Below, piece by piece: positions 17,881 through 28,054 of a stretch of DNA of 64,000 bases; within the stretch, counting starts at the first letter, position 1; each line of letters begins with the position of its first letter. The position numbers were made by a program, and so were the translations under genes. The DNA lies in NCBI GenBank assembly GCA_038213805.1, contig JBBQSO010000015.1:14265-78264 (forward strand), read 5' to 3'. The notes under the pieces were generated by a model, which ran no database searches, was not told the origin of the DNA, and saw only the letters and a list, made by a program, of their open reading frames with translations. The DNA is from Planctomycetota bacterium. GTDB lineage: Bacteria > Planctomycetota > UBA11346.

Positions 17881-19794
17881 ATGACCAGCCTGCCCCCATC
17901 TGGGCTTGCCGAGCGCCTCGCGCTCACGGAGTCGCTGTTACAGGCGGCCTTTGACCAGTCCCCAACGGGAATCTACGTTCTTGATACCCAGCTCCGGATA
18001 AGCCAGGTAAATGATCAGGCGACTGCGCTCATTGGCGATCGCGCGAATACCATAGGGCACTCGCTCTCGGACATCCTGCACCGGCTCTGGACGCCGGAAG
18101 CCGCCGAGGCCGCCCTCTTGCCATTCAAGTGCGTCCTCGAGAACGGCCACCCATTCAAGGCAACGGCCTACCGAACGACCCGCCTCGGTTCTAACGAACA
18201 TCTGTTTTTCGACTGGGAGATCCGACGCATCACGCTCTCAAACGGCGTAGTGGCGGGATTACTTGTCACCTTCGTTGACGTAACCGAGCATGTCCTCCTG
18301 CGCGACCAAGTTCGGAACGCCGAGCAACGCATTCTTGAGCTTGCCGAGTCGGTTCCCCAGCTGGTCTGGAGCACCGACGCGTCCGGACGATTCTCCTATG
18401 CGAATCAACGCTGGACGGATTATACCGGACTCGACTTGGCGGCCTCCCGGGCTACCGATTGGCGATCGGTGGTGCACCCAGACGATTACGACCGAGTCAT
18501 GAGCCAGTGGGCTCGCGTTTTAGCGCAAGGCGATCCCTACCAGATTGAATTCCGCATGCGCCGCGCATCGGACGATGAGTGCCGATGGCATCTCATACGG
18601 GCGAGGCCACGCCGCGGAAAAGACGGTGTTATCACCCAGTGGGATGGCACGAGCACGGACATTCATGATCTGAAGACGGCGGCCGACAATTTGGCCATAG
18701 CGGATAAACGCTGGCAGGTCCTGGTGGCGTGCATGCCACAGAAGATTTTCACTGCCACCCCCGCAGGCGATGTCGATTACTTCAACCCCCAATGGATGGA
18801 ATACACCGGACTGACGTTCGAGGCGATTCGTGATTGGGGCTGGAAACAGTTTATCCATCCCGAGGACGTCGAGGCGAACGTCAAGGTCTGGAAACGCGCG
18901 CTGGATACGGGAGAGCCCTTCCAATTCGAAAACCGCTTCCGCCGTTGTGATGGCGTCTATCGCTGGCATTTGAGCCGGGCTCTCCCCGTGCGCGATGCCG
19001 ACGGTGTGATCTTGCAATGGATCGGATCAAATACCGACATCGACGATCAGAAGCGATATGCCGAGGCCTTGGCGCGATCGAATACGGACCTCGAGAACTT
19101 CGCCGCAGTGGCGTCGCATGACCTCAAGGAACCGCTCCGCATGGTCTCCAGTTACCTGGACCTCGTCGAAAAAAGGTACGGCGAGAAGATGGACGCACGG
19201 GGCCATGATTACCTGTGCAACGCTGCGGCCGGGGCACGTCGTATGCACCAGCTTATCGATGCAGTGATGGCGTACTCGAAAGTTTCCAGTCCTGGCACTG
19301 TCATGCCTGTGGTCGATGCTGGACGCGTTTTGGAGGAGACATTGGCCGATTTGCATTCATTAATCGATGAGCGAAGAGCGGTCGTCGAGTGCGGTACCTT
19401 CCCTTCTGTCGTGGTCGACCCTATCCAGCTCGGACGGGTGTTTCAGAATCTCATCGTCAACGCGATAAAATTTACCGGTGATCGCCCGCCTGTGGTTCAC
19501 ATTGGCGCTGTAGCCGTGGGCAAGCTGGCCGTATTCACCGTCACGGATAATGGTTTGGGGATCCAGCCGGCGGATCTAAAAGGCGTCTTCCAAATGTTTC
19601 GTCGTTGTCACGCCGAGAACGTCCCAGGAGCGGGCATCGGCCTCGCGACGTGTCGGAAGATCATCGAGAATCATGGCGGCAGCATCTGGGTTGAGTCAGA
19701 GATGGGAGTGGGATCGAAGTTCTACTTCGCCCTGCCTTTGTCCGGCCGCCAGTCATCGTCCGCGCCTGGTGTTTCAAGCCTCGGCAAGGAGTGA
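17881..19794 (+). CDS. Cytoplasmic multi-PAS sensor histidine kinase (Cph1/COG4251-like kinase core)
   Basis: Three PAS/PAC units (VHPDD, IHPED, YRWHLSRA), ASHDLKEPLR, FQNLIVNAIKF, DNGLGI, GIGLATC, GSKFYF. Confidence 0.92.
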   Translation: MTSLPPSGLAERLALTESLLQAAFDQSPTGIYVLDTQLRISQVNDQATALIGDRANTIGHSLSDILHRLWTPEAAEAALLPFKCVLENGHPFKATAYRTTRLGSNEHLFFDWEIRRITLSNGVVAGLLVTFVDVTEHVLLRDQVRNAEQRILELAESVPQLVWSTDASGRFSYANQRWTDYTGLDLAASRATDWRSVVHPDDYDRVMSQWARVLAQGDPYQIEFRMRRASDDECRWHLIRARPRRGKDGVITQWDGTSTDIHDLKTAADNLAIADKRWQVLVACMPQKIFTATPAGDVDYFNPQWMEYTGLTFEAIRDWGWKQFIHPEDVEANVKVWKRALDTGEPFQFENRFRRCDGVYRWHLSRALPVRDADGVILQWIGSNTDIDDQKRYAEALARSNTDLENFAAVASHDLKEPLRMVSSYLDLVEKRYGEKMDARGHDYLCNAAAGARRMHQLIDAVMAYSKVSSPGTVMPVVDAGRVLEETLADLHSLIDERRAVVECGTFPSVVVDPIQLGRVFQNLIVNAIKFTGDRPPVVHIGAVAVGKLAVFTVTDNGLGIQPADLKGVFQMFRRCHAENVPGAGIGLATCRKIIENHGGSIWVESEMGVGSKFYFALPLSGRQSSSAPGVSSLGKE

Positions 19795-19801
19795 GTCCTG
19801 G

Positions 19802-20659
19802 ATGCCAATGTTCTCTGACGATTTCCGTCGCCAACACGCCCTGCTCTTAAATTTATCAGAACGTCTGAAATCCGTAAATTCTGACAATTTGCGCATGCGC
19901 TATAGGGAGGCTCGGCACCTCCTCGAAACCATCTCCGCACATGTGCGCGTTCACCTCGAGGCCGAGGATGACGGCCTTTATCGTGAACTCGGACGCTCCC
20001 CTGTGGCCTCTGTTCGCGAAACCAGTGAGCGCTTTGCTCGCGAAATGGGCGGCCTTAAGGAAGTATTCGCATCCTTCGCGCGCACTTGGTCTGAAAACGC
20101 CATATGGTCAAATCCTGAGGGCTTTGCCAAGGAATCGGCTGTGGTAATGGGGGCATTGCGCAATCGCATTGAACGTGAGGAGAAGGAGCTGTATCCGCTG
20201 GCTGATTCTCTGGAGATTTATACGACGCCGCATCAACTGCTCAGTGAGAATAGTGTCCTCCCACAGACGCCGGTTGTCGTGGTCATGCATGACAACGATG
20301 CCGATTTCTTGCTGTTGCAAGAAGCATGGAGGGAAGCTCAGTCAGACGTTATTTTAAGCCAATTCCGAGACGCCGAGATATTTGTACAAACGCTGGATGC
20401 CCACCCGGTCCCAGATCTGATAATCATCGATTTGCGCCTCTCGATCCATTGCAATGCGCTGACCCGAAGGCTGCGTGCCGCTCAACGATTTTCTGCCGTT
20501 CCAATCGTCGTTTGGTCATCGGCGGCTGGAACCACCAGTGGAAATGCATCCGCGTATTCTGGCGCCACGCGCATATTTCCAAAGCCAGTCACGTACCACG
20601 AATACTTTCCGTTTGTTCAAGCAATGAATGATCTCATCGCATACCATAGGAGTGCATGA
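19802..20659 (+). CDS. Hemerythrin-like domain fused to a receiver domain
   Basis: RRQH, HLEAEDDGLY, RIEREEKELYP; then VVMHDND, LIIIDLRL, PIVVWSS, FPKP. Starts 7 bp after the kinase stop, with AAGGAG upstream. Confidence 0.8.
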   Translation: MPMFSDDFRRQHALLLNLSERLKSVNSDNLRMRYREARHLLETISAHVRVHLEAEDDGLYRELGRSPVASVRETSERFAREMGGLKEVFASFARTWSENAIWSNPEGFAKESAVVMGALRNRIEREEKELYPLADSLEIYTTPHQLLSENSVLPQTPVVVVMHDNDADFLLLQEAWREAQSDVILSQFRDAEIFVQTLDAHPVPDLIIIDLRLSIHCNALTRRLRAAQRFSAVPIVVWSSAAGTTSGNASAYSGATRIFPKPVTYHEYFPFVQAMNDLIAYHRSA

Positions 20660-20879
20660 AATGAACGTTTTTCGGCTCCTCGTCGTCCGAGGTGGAATCT
20701 TTCCGTCCATCGCCGGGTAGGCGAGACCTGATTGAACAAGAGGAACGAAGAAACGGAGGAGGACAGGGAGCCAGTGAAAAAAAGCGAAATCGGGGGAAAA
20801 CGGCATTGCCATCTCTTGGCGTTTTCCCGTTCCTCTTGTTCGATCCTGCCTTTCCTGATGTGATCGACGAGAACCAAGT

Positions 20880-21190
20880 AGGCCTAGAATCCACCGCGAA
20901 TGACGAGGAACCCGTTTGCTGGCCATAAGGGCGTGCGAATCCTGCGAAGTCACACGACAGTTGAAGTCATTCCGCAATGGCTCCGCCGTTATTGAGGCCG
21001 CCAGCACATTATTTCTCAAAGGTGCAGCCAGTCAGATTGTGCCTAGCTTGATCCTGATCGATCAGAACATGCCCAGTCTCACTGGACAAGATATCTTGCG
21101 CTCCATTCGGAAAAGGCCGGATGCGGCCGGTATTCCCATCGTCATGCAGAGTTGCGCCGTCTGACATCCGCGTCGCACTTCGCGCTCTTA
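20880..21190 (+). pseudogene. Frameshifted, truncated response-regulator remnant
   Basis: NDEEP / LLAIRA...FRNG...LILIDQNMPSLTGQDILRSIR...IPIVM / PSDIRVALRA joined across two apparent frameshifts; ends at the islet border. Left limit approximate. Confidence 0.6.
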
Positions 21191-21194
21191 ATCC

Positions 21195-23885
21195 TCATCT
21201 GCCCGTCAGCACCACCGTCTTTTCCGCGCCCAGCCCGTCATGCTCCGCCTCGTGGCAGGTGAACAGGATGATCTGCAGCGTGCGCGCGGCGTGGCGCAGC
21301 GCCTTCAGCAGGGCGGCGCGACGCTGCAGGTCGGCATTGACCAGCGGGTCGTCGAGCACCAGCGGCAGGCGCCGGCCCTGGGCGAGGACCTCGGCGAGGC
21401 CGAGGCGGACGAGCAGCGCGAACTGCTCGCGGGCGCCGAGCGAAAGGTGTTCGAAGGGCTCCTCCATGGCGTCGGCCGACCAGCCGGAGATGCGCCAATC
21501 GTCGTCGCCAAGCAGCAGGTCCGCGCGCGGGAAGATGCGCCGCAGGTAGGGCTCGATCGCACCGCGCACCGGCGCGGCGAGCGTGGCGCGGGTCTCCTTC
21601 TGCACCTCGATCACGGTCGCGCGCAGGGTGCGCACGGCCGCGGCCTGGCGTTCCAGCGCGGCGGCGCGCTCCTCGGCGCGGGCGGATTCCGCAGCGGCTT
21701 CCTGCAGGGCCGCCGCCGGATCCTGGTCGCTGGCGGTGCGCAGCTCGACGCGCAGCCGGTCGCGCTGGCGCAGTGTGTCGTGGACCTGTTCCTGCAGATG
21801 GCTCGCGCTGCGGGCTGCGCCCTCGGCAATGCTCGCGGCGTCGGCGCCACCGAGTTCTTCCCAGGCGGCCTGCAGTCCGGTCTCGCGGTTCACGGCTTCA
21901 CCCAGGCGCAGCGCGGCGTCCGCGCGCAGGCGCGCCAGCTCTTCGGGCGCGGGTAGCAGCACCAGCTCTGCGCCGGTGCTGCGGGCGCGTTCGTCGTGGA
22001 CCGCGTGCGCGGTGACCGCGGCGCTGCGCTCCCTGCCCAGATGCTTAAGTTCAGCGGCGCTTTCGTCGAGCGCGCTGCGCCGTTCCTGCTCCGCCATGCG
22101 GGTGGCCTGCACCGCGGTCCGGGCGGATTCGGGATCGCCAGCAGGTCCGGCCGGCGCGGGCATGGCGTCCAGGCGCGCACGGTCCGCGGCGGCCTCGCGC
22201 TGCAGGCGCGCGCCGGCGGCGGCGAGCGCATCCCCGTCGGCGCGCGGCTCCAGGCCGAGGGCGGCGGCCAGGGCCGCGGTCGCTGCGCGGGCGGCGCCGA
22301 GCGCCTCCTGACGCGCCTGTATCGCCGCCTGGGCCGCGTCCGGTGAGGACACCCCGGCGGCGCGCAGTGCTTGCTCCAACGCCTCGCCGGCAGTGCGCGC
22401 CGCGCTCGCGAGGTCGGCGGCGCCGCCGGCGCCGGTGCGGATGCGCACGCTGCCGATGCCGGCGAGGTGGAGCTCGCCGAGCCCCGCGGTGCGGCCCTCG
22501 AACGTGCCGCCGGCCGCGATCTCTGCGGCCTGCTCGTGGCCGTCGGCGAGCCAGCGCACGGTCACCGGGCGTTCGGCCTGGAAGACCACCGCGGTGGCCG
22601 CGGCATCGCGTTGCACGCAGGCCTCGCGGTGGGCCGCGGCGAGGTCGCGCAGGGTGGCGACGGTGCGCGGCGTCAGCTCGGGCAGGGCGTCGGCGGCCGT
22701 CTGCGCCTGGCGGCGCTCCGCGTCCAGGTCGGCGAGGCGTGCCTGGAGCGCGCCGCGTTCGGCGACGCGCAACGCGAGAGTGGCGCGCTCGGCCGCAAGG
22801 CCGGCGCGTTCCGCGTCGTCCTGCGCGCTGCGCGTGCGCTGCTGCGCCGCCGCCAGCTCGGCCTCGCGGCGCAAGTGGGCCTGCTCGGCGCGGTCGAGCA
22901 TGGCGGCCAGCGCCGCCTCCTTGGCAACGCTGGCCGTCAGCTCGGTGCGTAGCCGGTCGAGCTGCTCGGCGAGCCCCGCGCGGCGCGCCGCAGTCTGCTC
23001 CGCGTCCGTAAGCGCGCGGCGCAGGGTCAGCAGCGTGGCGCGCTCACGCTCCAGGGTGCGCAGCTGCTCCTCCGCCTGCCGCGCGCGGCGCTGCGCCGCC
23101 TGCGCCATTTCCTCGGCCCGGCGCTGGCGCGGCACCAGTTCGGCAAGCCGGCGGGTCGCCTGCAGCAGGTCGCTGGCCGCGGTCTCGAAGCCGCGCAATG
23201 CCTGCTGCGCCTGGTCGCGCCGCGCCTGCGCCGCTTCGCGCTCCTTGAGCGCCTTGCCGTGCTCGCCGGTCGGCCGCATCGCCGCACCCGTCCAATAGCG
23301 CTCGTGTTCCTGCTCGACCAGCGTCAGGGCGCGCGCGCCCAGCGGGCCCGCGGACACCGCGCCGACCTCGCGCGCCACCAGCTCCGACAGCCGGCTGCGC
23401 ACGCCGTCGGTGACCGCATCGCCGAGCTCGGCGAGCTGGCCCTGCTGCAACCACAGCACCGGCCATAGGCCGAGGTGGCGCTGATCGACATCGCGGGTGA
23501 CGCGGCCGGCGTCCGGGACGGCGATGCCGATCAGCTCCTGCAGGCGGCGTTCGGCCTCCTCGCCTTCCAGGGTGCGGCCAGCGGGCCCGCTCAGGCGGGT
23601 CTGCTGGCGGCGCAGGAAGCGTTTGGCGATACGCCAGTACTGCCCGTCGACCTCCAGATCGACTTCGACTTCGGGCGGCTCGCTGCCGCCACGCTGCTGG
23701 AGGGCTTTGCGCGCGTCGTAGACCGGCTTGCACGGCTCGAACAGCGCGAAGCGCAGCGCTTCGGCGAGCGTCGACTTGCCCGCCTCGTTGGGACCGCAGA
23801 TCAGGGTGATGCGTTCGGACAGGCCGTCGATCAGCAGGTGATCGTGGCGGCGCCAATGGCGGACCTCAAGGCGCGTGATGTGCAT
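21195..23885 (-). CDS. YhaN/SbcC-like SMC-type ATPase
   Basis: Walker A GPNEAGKST, long coiled coil, signature LSLGAREQ, Walker B LVLDDPLVN, IILFTCH. Confidence 0.88.
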   Translation of the reverse strand: MHITRLEVRHWRRHDHLLIDGLSERITLICGPNEAGKSTLAEALRFALFEPCKPVYDARKALQQRGGSEPPEVEVDLEVDGQYWRIAKRFLRRQQTRLSGPAGRTLEGEEAERRLQELIGIAVPDAGRVTRDVDQRHLGLWPVLWLQQGQLAELGDAVTDGVRSRLSELVAREVGAVSAGPLGARALTLVEQEHERYWTGAAMRPTGEHGKALKEREAAQARRDQAQQALRGFETAASDLLQATRRLAELVPRQRRAEEMAQAAQRRARQAEEQLRTLERERATLLTLRRALTDAEQTAARRAGLAEQLDRLRTELTASVAKEAALAAMLDRAEQAHLRREAELAAAQQRTRSAQDDAERAGLAAERATLALRVAERGALQARLADLDAERRQAQTAADALPELTPRTVATLRDLAAAHREACVQRDAAATAVVFQAERPVTVRWLADGHEQAAEIAAGGTFEGRTAGLGELHLAGIGSVRIRTGAGGAADLASAARTAGEALEQALRAAGVSSPDAAQAAIQARQEALGAARAATAALAAALGLEPRADGDALAAAGARLQREAAADRARLDAMPAPAGPAGDPESARTAVQATRMAEQERRSALDESAAELKHLGRERSAAVTAHAVHDERARSTGAELVLLPAPEELARLRADAALRLGEAVNRETGLQAAWEELGGADAASIAEGAARSASHLQEQVHDTLRQRDRLRVELRTASDQDPAAALQEAAAESARAEERAAALERQAAAVRTLRATVIEVQKETRATLAAPVRGAIEPYLRRIFPRADLLLGDDDWRISGWSADAMEEPFEHLSLGAREQFALLVRLGLAEVLAQGRRLPLVLDDPLVNADLQRRAALLKALRHAARTLQIILFTCHEAEHDGLGAEKTVVLTGR

Positions 23886-23897
23886 GGGCGCTGCGCC

Positions 23898-24995
23898 TTA
23901 GCCCGCGGTGGTGAGCAGGCGGTGAAGGAGCTGCAGCGCGTCCTGCGCTGGTTGGCCGGGATCCGCGCGCAGCCGCGCCACCGTGCTGGCCAGCAGCCCG
24001 GGCTCGGCGAGCGCGGCGAGATCAGCCGCCGACGGCGTGGCGACGAGCGCGCCGGCATCAACGCGCAGCAGCATGCAGCGCTGCGCCCAGTCCTGGAGCA
24101 TGCCGTCGAGCCGCGTGCGCCCATCCAGGGTCAGCGTGCCTTCGAGCGCCAGCTCGATGGCGGTGGTGCTGGGCCGCGGCAGTGCCGCGAAGCGCTGCGC
24201 CAGGCGCGCGAGCGCCACGTCGTCGTGCACGGCCTCGGCCCAGCGCAGCCAGGTGGTGGTGGCGACGCGCACCGCTTCGACCTGCGGTTCTGCGCCGGGG
24301 CCGGCGATGCTCACCACCAGGACATTGCCGGGATCCTGCTCCTTGAAGCGCGTCGCCTCGTGGGTGCCGCTGTACCAGGCGCGGCGATCGACGCGCAGCG
24401 TGCCGTGCCAGTCGCCGAGTGCGACGTAGTCGAAGCCCTTCGCCAGCAGCGCGCGCAGGTCGATGAGGTTGGGCGTCTCGACCTCGTCGCCCGACCAGCC
24501 CGCGAAGTCGATGACCCCGCCATGCGCCATCACCACGCGGATGCCGTCACCGGGCGCGCGCGCGGGCAGCCAGGCGGTGGGATCGTCGACCTCGTGGCGC
24601 TGCAGCAGGGGGCAGGGATGGATGACGGCGCCGGCGACCGCCAGCGGCGTGCGCGCGTCAAGCACCTGGACGTGCGCCAGGTCCTCGGCCAGGCGTCCCA
24701 GCGCGCAGGCCGGTCCGCCGTGGTCGTGGTTGCCGGGCAGCAGCAGGACCGGGATGGGCGCGAACAGCGCCAGCGCCTCGCGGGCGCGCTGGATGGTGTC
24801 GGGTCCCGCGGCGTTCGAATCCAGCACGTCACCGCTGACCAGCACCGCGTCGGCCTGGCGGGCGTGCGCCAGTGCGGCGATCGCCTGCACCGCCTGGTAG
24901 CGCAGCAGGCGCGCCTGGGCGCCGGCATCGCCGGGGATGTAGGCGAGCTTGAGCCCGAGCTGCCAGTCGGCGGTGTGGATGCAGGTGAAGGGCAT
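23898..24995 (-). CDS. YhaO/SbcD(Mre11)-like metallophosphoesterase nuclease
   Basis: HTADWQLG, SGDVLD, LPGNHD, AHG, YVALGDWH, YSGTHE. Confidence 0.88.
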   Translation of the reverse strand: MPFTCIHTADWQLGLKLAYIPGDAGAQARLLRYQAVQAIAALAHARQADAVLVSGDVLDSNAAGPDTIQRAREALALFAPIPVLLLPGNHDHGGPACALGRLAEDLAHVQVLDARTPLAVAGAVIHPCPLLQRHEVDDPTAWLPARAPGDGIRVVMAHGGVIDFAGWSGDEVETPNLIDLRALLAKGFDYVALGDWHGTLRVDRRAWYSGTHEATRFKEQDPGNVLVVSIAGPGAEPQVEAVRVATTTWLRWAEAVHDDVALARLAQRFAALPRPSTTAIELALEGTLTLDGRTRLDGMLQDWAQRCMLLRVDAGALVATPSAADLAALAEPGLLASTVARLRADPGQPAQDALQLLHRLLTTAG

Positions 24996-25182
24996 GGTGG
25001 CTCGCGGGTCATGACTCAAACCGGCCGCTGCCGGAGCCGGTGCATTGCAGGCGCTTTATCCAAAAGGGAAGCCCTGCATCGGTCTTGCCGCCCCGGCCGC
25101 GCAAGCCCGGGTGGCTCTCCCTTGGCACTCTCCATGGCCATCGCTACGCTCCTCAGCCGCCGCGCGCGGCGAGGAGCATATC

Positions 25183-26013
25183 GTGAAGACCTGGTTCATC
25201 ACCGGAGCATCCAGTGGTCTCGGCCACACGCTGGCCGAGACCGTCCTGCGCCATGGCGACACCGTGATCGCCACCGCGCGCAGCGTCGCCGCGCTCGCCG
25301 GCCTGGTCGAGCGCCATCCCCACCAGGTGCTGCCGCTGGCGCTCGACCTGACCGTGCCCGCCGGCATCGAACCGGCGCTGAGCTCCGCGCTCGAGCGCTT
25401 CGGCGCCATCGACGTCCTGGTCAACAACGCGGGCTACGGTCTGCTCGCCGCGTTAGAGGAGACCGATGACGCGCACCTGCAGCGCAACCTCGAGACCAAC
25501 CTGATCGGGCCGCTGCGCCTGATCCGCGCCGCCATCCCGCTGCTGCGCCAGCAGGGCCACGGCCACATCATCTCGGTCTCGGCCATCGCCGCCTTCGCCA
25601 ACGAACCCGGCTTCAGCATCTACGGCGCCGCCAAGGCCGGCCTCGAAGCCGCCTCCGAGGCGCTCGCCGGCGAGCTCGCGCCCTTCGGTATCGCCGTGAC
25701 AGTGGTGGTGCCCGGACCGTTCCGCACCGACTTCCTCGGCCGCTCGCTCGAAACCGTGCCGCGCCTGCCGGTCTACCAGGCGACGGTCGGCAAGTTCGCC
25801 GCCCTGCTCAGCTCCATCGATGGCAAGCAGCCCGGCGATCCGACCAAGGCCGCCGAAGCCATCTACGACATCGCCGGCCTGCCCAAACCGCCCTTCCGCC
25901 TGGTGCTGGGCCGCTATGCCTCCAACAAGTTCGAGAAGCGCCTGCATGTGCTGGAGGCGGAGCTGAATGCATGGAAACCCGTCGGCATCCCGACCGAGTA
26001 CCCGCGCGCGTAA
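25183..26013 (+). CDS. Short-chain dehydrogenase/reductase
   Basis: WFITGASSGLG, LVNNAGYG, YGAAK, PGPFRT; GAGGAG RBS before the GTG. Confidence 0.92.
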   Translation: MKTWFITGASSGLGHTLAETVLRHGDTVIATARSVAALAGLVERHPHQVLPLALDLTVPAGIEPALSSALERFGAIDVLVNNAGYGLLAALEETDDAHLQRNLETNLIGPLRLIRAAIPLLRQQGHGHIISVSAIAAFANEPGFSIYGAAKAGLEAASEALAGELAPFGIAVTVVVPGPFRTDFLGRSLETVPRLPVYQATVGKFAALLSSIDGKQPGDPTKAAEAIYDIAGLPKPPFRLVLGRYASNKFEKRLHVLEAELNAWKPVGIPTEYPRA

Positions 26014-26026
26014 GGGCTCAAGCCGG

Positions 26027-26419
26027 CTACGATGCTGCGCGCCCTGAGTCGCGCAGCGCCACCACCCACACCCACGCCATCAGCACCAGCTGGAACGGCA
26101 GGCGCAGCCACAGCACCAGCGGCGAGAAGGTCATCCCCGGCGGATGCGCGCCGGTGGTCGCCATGGTGAGGTTCGCCGGGAGGACCGCGAGCAGCAGTGC
26201 GATCAGGCCCCAGCCCGCCAGCCGCCGCGTCGCTGGCAGCGCTACGCCCAGGCCGCCGAGGATCTCGGCTACGCCGCTGATCGCGACCAGCGCCTCGGGC
26301 CACGGCAGATACGACGGCATGATCGCCAGGTAGAGGTCGGGCTTCACGAAATGCCAAATCCCAGCCAAGACGAAGAAGATGACGAGCAGCCAGCGCAGGG
26401 CGGGGATGATATGGCGCAT
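26027..26419 (-). CDS. DoxX/MauE-like small membrane protein
   Basis: AGIWHF..P..Y..IMP.YLP, SGVAEILGG, PANL.MA, RLPFQ; four hydrophobic helices. Confidence 0.8.
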   Translation of the reverse strand: MRHIIPALRWLLVIFFVLAGIWHFVKPDLYLAIMPSYLPWPEALVAISGVAEILGGLGVALPATRRLAGWGLIALLLAVLPANLTMATTGAHPPGMTFSPLVLWLRLPFQLVLMAWVWVVALRDSGRAAS

Positions 26420-26590
26420 GGTGGCAATCGACCCGACGTCCGGGCAGATCGCCAGTGCCTTTGTATCAGGCATCGGCAGGGTGGATCATGGTCGCGGTGA
26501 TTTTCTCTGATCCATAACGCCCCCGCTCTGGTGAGCGGGTTCATCGGCCACCTGAAGCGATGACCAGATCGCGTCGTTGGTGGCGCCCCT

Positions 26591-28054
26591 TCACGCTAAC
26601 AGCTTCCTCACCACTTCGCCTTCGACGTCGGTCAGCCTGAAATCCCGCCCCTGGAAGCGGAACGTCAGCTTGGTGTGCTCGAATCCCAGCAAATGCAGCA
26701 TGGTCGCATGCAGATCGTGCACGCTCACCGGATCCGCGATCGGCCGATACCCCAATTCATCCGTCGCGCCGATGGTCACCCCTGGCTTGATGCCACCGCC
26801 GGCCATCCACATGGTGAACGCGTGCGGGTGGTGGTCGCGGCCCATGAAGGGCACGCCGCCGCGGCCCTCGTTCATCGGTGTGCGCCCGAACTCGCCGCCC
26901 CACACCACCAGCGTGCTGTCGAGCAGGCCGCGGCGCTTGAGGTCGGTGATCAGCGCGGCCGCGGCGCGGTCGATGTCCGCGCAGATGCGCGGCAGGCGCT
27001 TGTCGATGCTGTTGCCATCGGACTCGCCGTGCTGGTCCCAGCCGCGGTGATACAGCTGGACGAAGCGCACCCCGCGTTCGACCAGGCGGCGCGCCATCAG
27101 GCAGTTGTTGGCGAAGGTCGCCTTGCCCGGCTCGGTGCCGTACAGCGCATGCACCTCCTTGGACTCGCTGGCGAGGTCGGTCAGCTCCGGCACCGCGGTC
27201 TGCATGCGGAAGGCGAGTTCATACGCGGCGATGCGCGTGGCGATCTCGGGATCGCCGACGATGTCGAGGTGCTGCTGATTGAGCGCGCGGATGGCGTCGA
27301 GCGCTGTGCGCCGGTCGCCCGCGGCCATGCCCGCGGGATCGGCGAGCGCCAGCACCGGCGCGCCGGTGGAGCGGAACTGCACGCCCTGGTAGTAGCTGGG
27401 CAGGAAACCATTCGACCAGCACGAGGTCCCTCCGTCCGGGATGTTCTGCCCCGAGAGCATGACCACGAAGCCGGGCAGGTTGCGGTTCACGCTGCCCAGT
27501 CCGTAGGTGGTCCAGGCGCCCATGCTCGGCCGTCCGAACAACGCCGAACCGCAGTTCATCAGCACCTGCGCCGGCCCGTGGTTGAACTGGTCGGTGTGCA
27601 CGCTGCGCACGATCGCCAGCTCGTCGGCGACGCCGGCGAGGTGCGGCAGAATCTCGGAGAACTCCTGGCCGGACTTGCCGTGGCGCGCGAACGCGAATGG
27701 CGAGCCGAGCAGGCGCGGCGTGCCTTTGATGAAGGCGAAGCGCTCGCCCTTCACGAATGAATCCGGGATGGCCTGGCCGTTCAGCTCGTTCAACTTCGGC
27801 TTGTGATCGAACATGTCGACCTGCGAGGGCGCGCCCGCCATGAACAGGAAGATCACGTTCTTGGCTTTTGCCGGCAGCGGCGGCGCGCGCGGCGCGAGTG
27901 GGTCGGGCGCGCCCTGGCCCTCGCCTCCATGCAGCGCGGGTGCGGCGAGCGTGCCCATGGCGAGCGCGCCCAGCCCCAGCGCGGTCTCACGCAGGAAGGC
28001 GCGGCGGTCAAGGCTGCGCAGTGGATGAAGGGCGTGGCGTGGGTCCATGGTCAC
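26591..28054 (-). CDS. DUF1501 family protein (Tat-exported, sulfatase-like fold)
   Basis: RRAFL Tat motif, [50 protein letters not shown]. The GTG overlaps the upstream stop. Confidence 0.92.
   Translation of the reverse strand: MTMDPRHALHPLRSLDRRAFLRETALGLGALAMGTLAAPALHGGEGQGAPDPLAPRAPPLPAKAKNVIFLFMAGAPSQVDMFDHKPKLNELNGQAIPDSFVKGERFAFIKGTPRLLGSPFAFARHGKSGQEFSEILPHLAGVADELAIVRSVHTDQFNHGPAQVLMNCGSALFGRPSMGAWTTYGLGSVNRNLPGFVVMLSGQNIPDGGTSCWSNGFLPSYYQGVQFRSTGAPVLALADPAGMAAGDRRTALDAIRALNQQHLDIVGDPEIATRIAAYELAFRMQTAVPELTDLASESKEVHALYGTEPGKATFANNCLMARRLVERGVRFVQLYHRGWDQHGESDGNSIDKRLPRICADIDRAAAALITDLKRRGLLDSTLVVWGGEFGRTPMNEGRGGVPFMGRDHHPHAFTMWMAGGGIKPGVTIGATDELGYRPIADPVSVHDLHATMLHLLGFEHTKLTFRFQGRDFRLTDVEGEVVRKLLA

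Larger units (their letters stand above)
17174..21194. mobile_element. Lower-GC horizontally acquired signalling islet (no own integrase or transposase seen)
   Basis: Abrupt shift to A/T-rich codon usage right after the xerC stop, and back at the yhaN stop. Contains only two-component genes. Confidence 0.65.

Noticed and set aside
17159..21179. Imperfect direct repeat at the islet borders (CATCCGCGcgcgTAGCACT at 17159-17177 vs CATCCGCGTCGCACT at 21165-21179) as attL/attR
   Set aside because: It needs a 4-nt gap, and the right copy reads as REC coding sequence (DIRVAL) of the remnant gene, so chance similarity is likely.
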